A stretch of DNA of 62,907 nt, filler included, from Bipalium vagum (taxonomy: Eukaryota), in assembly GCA_037834085.1 (NCBI GenBank). It is 3 parts of 3 records of this genome, joined end to end, with 100 filler letters (N's around TTAATTAATTAA, not from the genome) between each part and the next. Parts side by side here need not be neighbours in the genome. Positions count along the whole stretch, not along the records: positions 1 to 26,821 come from JBBMKC010126389.1; positions 26,922 to 44,652 come from JBBMKC010053489.1; 1 more part is not named here. One strand, written 5' to 3'. The notes below the pieces were generated by a model. That model was not told where the DNA came from. It ran no database searches and worked only from the letters and a program-made list of their open reading frames with translations. This document shows, piece by piece, positions 26,200 to 37,100 of the stretch. A program made the position numbers and the translations under genes. Within the stretch, counting starts at the first letter, position 1; every line of letters begins with the position of its first letter.

Positions 26200-26572
26200 T
26201 TACATACAAATATATTACTAGAATACATTAGGTAAATATGGAATTAACACAACATCAAATTTTGATTTAATTGATATTGCTGAAAATTTAGAAATGCTCT
26301 TAAAAGTTTTAATGAAAGATGAAGTAACTGAAAAAAGAAGACTCGAAGCTAATGAAGCCAAAAGCCCCATAAAATCTGAAGTTCCATTAATTATTAATTA
26401 TCAAAATACAAATCAAAACGCAATTCATTGGGTTGGATACTACAATTTTTTTTACTTGGATTCCTATGGTTTACCACCACTTGAAGAATTACAAAAACAT
26501 GTTAAAAAATATAATAAATTTGATTTTCAATCTGAAATAGATTTAGAGTACTGTGGACAATTATCTTTTTAA
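26200..26572 (+). pseudogene. Adenain-like cysteine protease (Polinton maturation protease)
   Basis: His in IHWV, Asp in YLDSYG, and Gln/Cys in FQSEIDLEYCG occur in adenain order. Confidence 0.8.
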
Positions 26573-26758
26573 CTTTTTCAGGGAAAAAAATTTGAGGAAA
26601 TTTTAGAAGAAATAAAATATTTTATTTTTGAAAATTTAAAATTAAAAATAAAAAAAAATATGGGTGATTAAGTATTTGTTAATACTGCTGAAAATGGAGA
26701 ATATATTTATACTAAAACGGAATCACCAATTTATTATTTATATCTTGAAAATTAGTCA

Positions 26759-26821
26759 GGGGATGTAGCTCAGCGGTCAGAGCAGTGCATGCGCATGTGA
26801 AGGTCCCGGGTTCGAATCCCG
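26759..26821 (+). repeat. tRNA-Ala-derived repeat (pseudo-tRNA or SINE head), cut by an assembly gap
   Basis: GGGGATGTAGCTCAGCGG (A box) ... GGTTCGAATCCC (B box); the anticodon arm is not canonical; related copy at 31620. Confidence 0.75.
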
Positions 26822-26920
26822 NNNNNNNNNNNNNNNNNNNNNNNNNNNNNNNNNNNNNNNNNNNNTTAATTAATTAANNNNNNNNNNNNNNNNNNNNNNN
26901 NNNNNNNNNNNNNNNNNNNN
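26822..26920. other. Assembly gap with artificial TTAATTAATTAA spacer
   Basis: N-run containing a central six-frame stop linker at 26866-26877. Confidence 0.95.
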
Positions 26921-27983
26921 NAAGAGAAAAGTGCAGACAGATTAAGCGCTAATGAATGGATAAAGACGGAGTGGCCAAAAATTACTGCTGAATATTCATT
27001 CCAAGATATATATAACGCAGATGAAACTGGAATGTATTTTCGTGCAATTCCAGAACATACTTATCTATTTAAAGGCGAAAATGACAAAGGATTCAAATGC
27101 TCTAATGTGTCATATTTGAAAAATGGCTACTAAAATGAGACCTCTTATTAAAGAGAAAGATTGTCTTGTTAATAGATAACTGCACTGTTCATAAAAATAG
27201 TTTATCATTAAGAAATATTAAGATAATCTTCTTACCATCTAATAATACGGCGTTAATTCAGCCATGCGATGAAGGCATAATTCGCACATTAAAGGCTAAC
27301 TATCGCAGACATATTTGTACACAAATTATTGTTGAACTTCATAAAAATGCAAATTCTGATGCAAATGCCACAGCAAAAAGATTTCTCTTTTGGATGCTTT
27401 ACATTTTTTGAGCATGTCTTGGAAAGAAATATCCCAGAAGACAATTAAAAATTACTTTCGAAACGTGAGTTTAAAAATATTTATTTGGAACCATATTCAA
27501 TCGAAGAACTTGATTCTATAACTATCCTTCCCGATTGTATGTCAAAAGAGGAATTTCCAAATTGGTTAGACATAGACAGCTCAATTGACGTAGCAGCTAC
27601 AATGACAATTTCTGAAATGTCAACGTCCTGGTGACAATTTTCAATTATCCAACGAAATAGAATTGAACCAAAATTCGGAGGACTTTTCAGAAGTTCCTCC
27701 TACCAGTAGTGAGATCCAGAAAGCGCTTCAGATTCTTCGCCGCGGTGTCCAATATAGGGCAAAGAATTTTGATTTTCATTATGATTATGAAAATTATATC
27801 CAGGATTTATTAAATCGAGACAAACGGCAAACTACGCTTGACGAATTTTTTGAAATAAATATTTAATCTAGTTTTTTTTATTATTTTTTGTTTTGTAATA
27901 AAAAAGTCGCATAATGTTATCAATCGGATATTGTTAACAAAAATGAATGGTCCCAAAGCGATCACATTAAGCGGCGACTACTG
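26921..27983 (+). mobile_element. pogo/Tigger transposon, 3' part, degenerate
   Basis: IYNADETGMYFR and LLIDNCTVH...IIFLPSNNTALIQPCDEGIIRTLKANYRR (DDE_1); right TIR ...atcacattaagcggcgactactg|ta. Confidence 0.92.
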
Positions 27984-28187
27984 TATAAATATTATTTATA
28001 AAATTACCACAATTAAAAAAGAATTTATTAAAATTTTTAATTCTTTTATTCACTCATGGTTAAGACGATTCCCGTTGTTTAAATTTAGTTTTAAACAAAT
28101 TTCATTTAAAAAAATATTTAAAGTTGGTTTTTTAATTTCTTAATTAACTTTTTGTGCAATTTTATTACTTATTTTTTATTTTTTTAG

Positions 28188-31100
28188 ATGTTTCATTTGA
28201 TACTTATTATGATATCAGTAACCACTGTTCATTGCAACCACAAGAACCAAAACGAAATAAGTCAGTAATTAATCAATATATTTAATTAAAAAATAAGTTC
28301 ATTTTGTAATTTATTTAATTATTTTTTCTAAATAGATACAACAGTTGCAATATCAGAAACTATTGCACTGTCTTGTCCGATACCAAAAAATGAAAATGAT
28401 ACCGTTATTTTTTGGCTTTTCGACAATGAAACAATTTCAGCTCCCACGGCCTCAAAAAGTAAGGATATATTTTCCCATATCCGACCAGGTGAAAATGGAT
28501 CATTGATCATCACAAATGTCACACAATCCGATGCCAAAATATATGTTTGTATCCAGAACGAGACCCTTATCGTAAATGAAGGTTACATTCGGATAATTGT
28601 TAAAGGTAACGATGATCCATTGAATACCGTATAAAGATTTCTGTTTTTTCTCACATGTAGAAAATGAAATTATTAATTTCGCAGTAGAATCGGCGTCAGA
28701 TTCAACTCTCACTTTCTCTTGGAACATAAAAAAATCAAAATCCACTCCAGTTTCCAGCTTTAATTTGACACTTTGCAAAAAGTAATCGATTTTTAAAATT
28801 TATCTATATTTTATTGATTTTCATCCCATCAATTTTGAGTATCTAATCTATTTTCCTCTTGCATACATGCACTTTGAGAATTTCGATTTTTATAAAATTT
28901 TACTTCCATAATCAATAATTGATATCGTAAACTTTTAGAGGTCATTGCCATGGAAATGAGTTTATTTTCCTTTGGAAAATCTGAAATTTTTTTGTATCTT
29001 GGTTCCTATTCATATTAATTTTGATCAATGTGATTAATTTTCATATCTGAGATGTGAATGAGTCTCAGAATCGATTATTGTCTTTGAAACCAATCTGATC
29101 CAATAATTGCTTTCAGTGAACGATTTTTTAATTCAATCACTTGGTGTCAGTGGTAACCAGGTTCATTGGGCTTTGCCATCTCCCTTTAAACAGAACCTCT
29201 TTCCTATCCCGTCACATTCATATCATTATTCCATGTTTTGCAATAATAAAAATTTATATTTTCTGTTGATTGATTTTTGTTTTTATTGATTTTCGATATA
29301 AATAATTACTTCTTCATGTTTCTTATATTTATTAACAAAATCTGTTGGTAAAATATAAAAATCAATAAATTTTTTATAAATATATTGATTATTAAAAAAT
29401 CGATAAATATATAAAATAGATGAATAAAGTAGGTAAATTCTGCTTTAATATGTATGATGTATTCTATATTTGATTAAAAAATCTGCTGATAATATTTTAA
29501 AAATTAATATTCGATTGAGAGAAAAGTTTTTCGTATTCATAAAACATGGAAATCGAATGCTATATTTTATTAAATGTTAATGGTTTATAATTATTACATA
29601 ATCATTACATTGTTAAAATACATTAAAATAAAAGATATTTTGTAAAGTAAGAATATTTGGTAAAAAATTGGACGTTTTTATATATTGTTAGTTTTATTGA
29701 TAATATAAAAAAAATTATCGTTTAAAATTTTATTAAAATAAGCACAAAAATGTTGAAAGAAAAGATTGTCATTTATTTAGATCTCTACAGAACTGACTTA
29801 ACGGTTAGTTCTATGCTTGAATGTAAAGAATGATTGGTACCATTTTACGAAAAAATACCCAATCGATTTAAAACATAGTTTAAATCAATATATTTATTCT
29901 ATTTTTTCTATTCAATTTCAATGTCTTTATAAAATACAAAAAAAACTTTTTCGTTACGTGATAAAAGAATAATCAATTTTAAAAGCAGACAATTAAAATT
30001 TTATTTTGTGAAAATATAATCCTCGTTTTTATCGTGTTCCGGAAAAAATACCTTTTCTTGATTGTCAGATTTTTGGTCGATATCGGTTATTATTGATTAT
30101 CCATCATTGATTAAGTAAATATAGAATGAATTAAACAAAAAATACTAAACCGTTAACAGGTGATTTTTCTCCAATTTTAGAGGAAGTTTGGAAGACTGCA
30201 CCACCGTACCGTTACGTGATTTATTGAGCAGTTATACATTTTACAATTTACCTTCCTTTACGAAATATGAAGCATCAATAAATGGCATTGATATTTCTGG
30301 ATTCGACAAGGTCTCTATTATTCAAACGAGTACACTACCTGGTTCTCCGATTTCCCGTCCATTTGTTTCTGAAATTGTTTCTTCTAACAGAAGTGTTTTA
30401 TTGGAAATTGATTGTGTCGAATGCAAAGATGATAAAAAGATGCAAGGAACTTTGAAGTGGTACTTTATATCATGTACCCATAAGCCAAATGTAATAAACG
30501 AGACTGTAAAAATTTTCAACACTTCGATGGTCAAGGTGGTTTATATTTTTACTTTCTGCTTTATTTTTAAAAACTTTGCTTAATTTAATTTATTATTATT
30601 AATATTGTATTATTTATCTAATCTACTTATCATTTTTTTTAAAATTATCTCGCTATTTCTATATATTGTAAAAATTTTTCAATTTATATTATTATTATTC
30701 ATATCATTTTTATTTATATTTTACTGTTATTTTTATTATATTTTTTATTATTAGACTAAGTTTAGAATATTATTGATTTTAACAAATTTATCGTAGACGC
30801 AAATATACAATCTGAATCCATATACCAACTACTCCTGCTTCATTTATGCTTCCAATGGCATCAAACACGGACCCAGCTACAAATTTTTTTTTAAAACTCT
30901 CCAAGATTTTCCCAGAACTCCATTATTTTTCACTGGTATACCAAATGTTTCCGGCACAGTCACACTAATATGGAGGCCGGGCTCCGATAGTAACGGTCCC
31001 CTTACCGGTTATTTGTTAAAGGTGTGATTTCGATTGGTGTAAATCGATAAGACCATGTAATTGTATTGATTAATCAAGGTTTGCGATGCTAAGCAGCACA

Positions 31101-34100
31101 AAATGATAGTCGAAGTCAATCTGGAAAGGACTATCAATATGTACAAAATCAAAAATCTCACAAGTAGGACAGAATATATTATGAAACTGTGGGCCGTTAA
31201 TGAAGCTGGTCTAAGTAGAAACCCTTCCGAATACAAAATCATAACCGATCGAAAAAGTATTTTTTGTTCTCTTTGTTGTTGTTATGGTAATTTCGGAGTT
31301 CTTCTGTGTGGTTTTTTTAATCCAACCGAATTATCATTGATTTCGATTGGAAAATAAAGGATAAAGTTCGATCCGTTTTGAGAAAAATGAGAAATAAAAA
31401 CAGAGTTTTCATATTTTTAGGTTCTTTCTCTCTTTCGTCTACCCCGGATTCGTTCTCTTCTTCAAATAGCTCACTCACTTTCTACATCAATAATTTTAGA
31501 AACTAACATGGCGACCATACCAGGACTCCAACCATCGAACAATGTGTCGAATGTGAAGGAGATTGATATGGATGTGAGCTTTAGATAAGGGGGATGTGAG
31601 ATAAATTGAAAATTAGTCTGGAGATGTAGCTCAGTGGTAAGAGCAGTCCAGCGCATGTGAAGGGTCCCTGGTTTGAATCCCGATATCTCCGATTCATTTT
31701 CAACTAACACCGTTTAAATTATCGGTTGAGAATGAACTTTTCTCTAACAACCTTTGTCTTGGAAAATATTATAATCTTGATTTTTTTTAATTATTTATTT
31801 TATTTTCATAAAAATCTTAAGAATTTGTATTTACTAAAATAGTGATTTTATTTGATTTAATTTTTAAAGGAACTACCTTTTTTCAATGAAATAACCTAAC
31901 ATTCTTGCATAATTATAATACGATAATACTTTTTTTTTAAAAAAAGTACAAAAATTTCTTAATAAATCAATAATTATAATTAATTATCTTTTTTAGAAGA
32001 ATAATTATTTTTTAAATTTTAAATTTAATTATTATTTTTCAATAATAATCTTAATTGATGTCAAGTTAATTTATATTTTTCCAATTGATTTATAAAAAAA
32101 ATGAATTAATAATTAAAATTGATTTTTTTCAAATGAATTAATAACATTTAAATATAATAATTATTTTTAATTAATTATTATTATTAAGAAAGATTTTCAA
32201 TTAACTGGATGAAAAATTATTTATAATTTAATAATATAATTTCTATGATCTTAAAAAATCAGTTAAACTTATTATTTAATAATAATTTTGATATATCCAA
32301 TTATTTATTAAGTAGTTTTAAATAAAATTCTGGAAAAAAATTAATTATTATTTAATTAGATTAATGAATATTTTGCTCAATAAAAAAAATTATTATCTCT
32401 CTAATTTCATATAGATATCTTAATCAATTAGAAAATATAAAATTTTTGTAAACAAATCAATAATTGTAATTAAATATTTTTAATAAATTACTAGTTTTTG
32501 ACTTCAGATTTAATAATTATTTTAAAATATATTATTCGAAAAAATTTTTTAAAAAAAAGAATTATTTTTTTGTACATTTCTTTATTAAATTAATAAATAT
32601 TTTTATAAAAATACTTTAATAAAAAGAAAACTTTATTAATGTATAAAAATAATTAAAAATTAATAAATTAAATATTTTTTAAATTAGATTTTATTAATAG
32701 TAATTATTAATTCAATTTCAAAATTTATTAAGATATTAATTTATTTTTTATATTATTATTAAAAGGATATTATTTTTTTAAGAACCGGATAAACCTTTAA
32801 TTTTGGGGATACAGAAAACGAAGAGTTCTTTCTGTGTCATCTTTGACTCAAATGAAGAAGAAACAAAATCATTAAAACATCAGGGTTGTTTTTATTATGG
32901 AAATAAGTCTGAGGAAAGGTCCTGCTTTGATATCCGTCCAGAGAAGGACCTTAATACCAGTCATGTCCAATGTCAATATTTATTAAATGGAACAAAGAAT
33001 TTGGTAATTGAGTCTATTATTATTTTTTATAAAAAGCAATTAATTGGAAATATTTTTACTTTGAATCTTTGTTATTCATTTTTTTATTTTCTGCATTACT
33101 CTAATTATTATTTATATAAGTTTGTGGTATTATTACGCTTTATTAATTTTAATATTCAAAGGAAATTGGTAATCAAGTCAAATTCTTATTGGTTATTTTT
33201 CATAAAAATCAACTAGTTGGAAAATATTATTTAGTTCGATTTTTACTCATTATTATTATTTTATTTTCAGTTTTACAATTTTTATCATTTATTACATTTT
33301 TATTTCCAATCTTAATTAATTTTAGCATTGTTATTTATTTTTAATTTACTAATTATATTTTATTTATTTTAAAGATTATTATTATTATAAGCATTAATTT
33401 TATAATTATTATTTTTAGTAGTAGTAATAGAGATTAAAGAAAATTTTTATTACTAATTAGGTGGATATTCCATTTACTATGCTGAACAAAATTTCCGATG
33501 TGAAAGAAGTGATGCTTTCGATTAAAATATCTGTGAATAGCGATATTTGTGACATGTCAAGAAAACTATGTTATCAATTACATTCAGAATCTCTAAAGCA
33601 GAGTATTGATTTAAACGGTATATTATTATCATAATTTTCATTTTCATAATTATTACATCGTTATTTTTATCTATGATTATTAATTATTATTAACGTTAAT
33701 AATTATCAATATAAATGAAAGTATTCCTTTTCTAAATCAATAATAATTTTTCAATGGTTTTTATCTTTGAGAGAATTGATGTTTCACATTTTAATCTTGT
33801 CATAATTCTTAAATTTACAATATTTTTGAAAAATAATTTACGGAAACTACCAAATTATATTAAATTTATTTTTGATAATTTTGCTTATTTTTATATATCG
33901 TTTTTTATTTTGCAAGCTTTTTTTGAATTTGTTAAAAATTCAAAATTAATTTTCTGTATTCGAAATATTTTTACAGATTTTCCAAAACGCCAATCCAATT
34001 CAGAAACTCGTGGAATTTCTTCTATCACCTGGACGTTGTTCATATTTATTTTCATTCTAATTTTGTTCTTTCTTGTCGGATTGATTATTTGGTGAGTTTG

Positions 34101-37100
34101 ATTATCGATTTTGAATATGAGTTTCTTAACAAAGGACCAAAACTTGCAGGAAAAAGAACGTAAAATATTTCTGTTTCTCTACCAGAAGAACGTTACATTT
34201 TCCCCGAATACAGTCAGACTTTTTGGAAACGTGTATCATTAAACAACAGCAATCGGTTTTGCCCTTAGAAAAATCTCCCTATCCTTTCATTCACATTTCG
34301 AATCTTGTTGAGCACATTCAGAAATATCGTGCCGATGATGGAGCAGGATTTCAGGCCGAGTTCGAGGTACATTTTTATTTTCTTCTTCCATTATATTACT
34401 AATCGATAATTGTTAGATCATATTTTTTAAAGGGAACGGTAATAATTTTGGTATTGGAAATGTTGCAGACTTTCTTTTATTTGTTTCACTTTGATGATCA
34501 TTTTAATTTTAATCGGTTTATTAAAAATAATATTGATATATTTTAATAAAACTATAAATTATTATTGAGTTTCTTTTGTCAATACTAAGAGTTAGTTCTT
34601 CTTTACTACACATTGAAAAGACGTCAGAATTATAGAAAAAAGTATCTATTCAAAAAAACACGATTATGTAACACGTAACTCCCCCTTCGATTAAACTGAT
34701 GCCACTTGTTCAGCCACTCAATTCTCCTTAGTTTGATTCCTCCTGGACTTGTCAGTTCAACTTGATGTGGTGATAAGTTTGTGATCTTGTATGGACCTTC
34801 ATATTGAAATCATTCTTCTTTATGTTTTGAACTGTTCCTGCATCGCTTCTTTGTCTCCCACATTGACTTGAAATTCCTTCTTCTGATCCATTTTTATTTC
34901 ACATAGTTTGGCCATAGCTCTGATATCTTCGACTTTGGCGTTCGGTTTCGGAACAAAAGCATCTCGAAGACCAGCACTTCTAGCTCGTTTTGTTAAAAAT
35001 TCGGTAATGATCTCTTCTTGGGACAATCCAGAATTAAGGATGTCATTCATTAAATTCCGAATACGAATCTCAAAAGTTGCATTCGTTCATTCGAATTTTG
35101 TCTAACTTCTGCCAATTCGCAAATTAAATCCGTTGTAGTAAATAAAATGTGTCAGCAAACCACGACCTTGCTTCTTCTTTTGTTGTTGCTTCTGTCTAGA
35201 AACTCTTCCATAAGGTTGAGGCTTCGTTTGATAACACCAGATCAAATACGTCGACCATGCATAAGTCATTTATATTGAGCAATTCCTCAATATCTTTCGG
35301 CTTCAGTAGAGCTTCTGTCGTTATATCGTTTGATTTGAAATCCAAAAATTTCCTGTGAGTTTTTTGGTAAAGCATCCATGACTTTTTTCATGCTTCTGGT
35401 TAAAGCATGTACATTTTCTTTGTGGTCTTAGTTCTTCTTTACTACACATTGAAAAGACGTCAGAGTTATAAAAAAAAAGTATCTGCTCAAGCAAAACACA
35501 ATTACGTAACACGTAACTCTAAGTTTATATCGATTGCAATTTCATTTTTAATTGATTATTCGTTATTACATTTTTAATCGAATTTTTCAAATATTTTAAA
35601 TGAAAAAATCATTTCTACGCTGAAATTTAAACTAAACGAAACAAAATTTATTTACTTCGATTGTGAAATTTTAATTTTTGTTTTTATTACTTAACTTTTT
35701 ATCTATGATTATTATTAATTACTTTAAAAAGAATTAAAGTAGTCCTTTTTCAAAAAAAATAATTATTATTTTAATGATTTTTACCTTGATGTTGATTTCA
35801 AACAAAAATTAATAAGATTTTGACATTAGGTTTTTAATGAAATCAAAAAAAGATGCACAACAATCAATTCATTCAATTTTGTGATAATATTGATTATCAT
35901 TGAATTAATAGATTGAAATGTGAATTTAGATTAGAACTAATATTTCTGAAATAAATCCCAGGCCAAAAAAATCAATGGATTATTTTCTACTTTAAAGTGT
36001 GAATAGTTTTGAGATATTAATTTTATTAATATCAATGAGTCCTGGAGATTTATTTCTTCTACGCATAACCTTCTTATTTTTACTATAAACTCTAAATTGA
36101 TTATTAATCAACAAAAATATATCATTATTTAAAAATCAATTTAAAAAGTAATCACTCGGCATTGTTTCTATCGCTAATGAATACAAACATCAATTCTTCA
36201 GGCAATCGAAAGTATGGACATTAAAAAATGGAGTGCAACACATGCTTCATTCAGAGATAACATAAGAAAAAATAGATATACCAATATCCTCCCTTGTAAG
36301 TTTTTCCTCGTAAAAAGTAATCTTTTACGAAGTTCGTAACTAAATTTCAGATGATCATTCTCGTGTTATACTTCAAAACTGCTTTCCCGGAAAATCCGAT
36401 TACATCAATGCTTCATTTATCGATGTAAGACATTCTGTTTTATTGAGTGGAAATTCTGTTCGATTCCTTTTTCATTTATATTCGCTATAGGGCTTCCAAA
36501 GACCGAACGGTTATATTGCCACACAGGGACCCTTAAATGAAACTATATGCGATTTTTGGCAAATGGTTTGGGAACAAAACTCCCACATTATTGTCATGAT
36601 TTCCAATTTTGTGGAACGAACTCGATCGAAATGTGACTTGTATTGGTCGCCGAAGAAACAAGCTAATTACGGAAACATATCCGTTCGACATGTGTTCGAA
36701 AAAGAAATGGCTTATTACACGGAACGGCATTTCAAAATTCGCAATAAGAAGGTTAGGTAGAGTTTTGATCTCTAAATTGATTTATCAGCGCTTTAATTAG
36801 ATTGAAAAAGAACGAACTGTTTATCATTTTCAATACACAGACTGGAGTGATTTCAATGTTCCTCCTACCGTGCTGCCGGTATTAGTTTTTTTGAGAGCCA
36901 CAACCAGGCATTGGAAGGAAAACTCGGGTCCGATTATCGTTCATTGCAGGTTCGACTTTGTCTTTTAAAACTTAATCGTCGACTGTTTCAACTTCCTTTT
37001 TACTCCATTATCATCATTCAGTGCTGGTGTTGGCAGAACTGGGACGTATATTTGTATTGCGAGTCAAATTCGTCAGTTGGAAATCGAACACCAAATTAAT

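Larger units (their letters stand above)
25088..26572 (+). mobile_element. Polinton/Maverick (adintovirus-like) endogenous remnant: zinc finger, PLA2, integrase N-terminus, cysteine protease
   Basis: MVGKWYSEICDKSINRKNKSHHENTRIH (degenerate C2H2). GELHL...HNFTGPETNVDKRL...PIN*IDQVTMKHDVKY...RHVADVEM (parvovirus-type PLA2). ELHKEFRK...IWSADL...IVIDLYTRFAFAVP (Polinton integrase). IINYQN...HWVG...YLDSYGLPP...FQ...YCGQ (adenain). Confidence 0.88.

Noticed and set aside
26759-26821. Functional tRNA-Ala gene
   Set aside because: The anticodon arm cannot form a canonical 5-bp stem with 7-nt loop, and a diverged second copy shares its flank; treated as a repeat.
26866-26877. TTAATTAATTAA island within Ns (also 44697-44708)
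   Set aside because: Identical 12-mer centred in two gaps of about 100 nt: an artificial six-frame-stop scaffolding linker.
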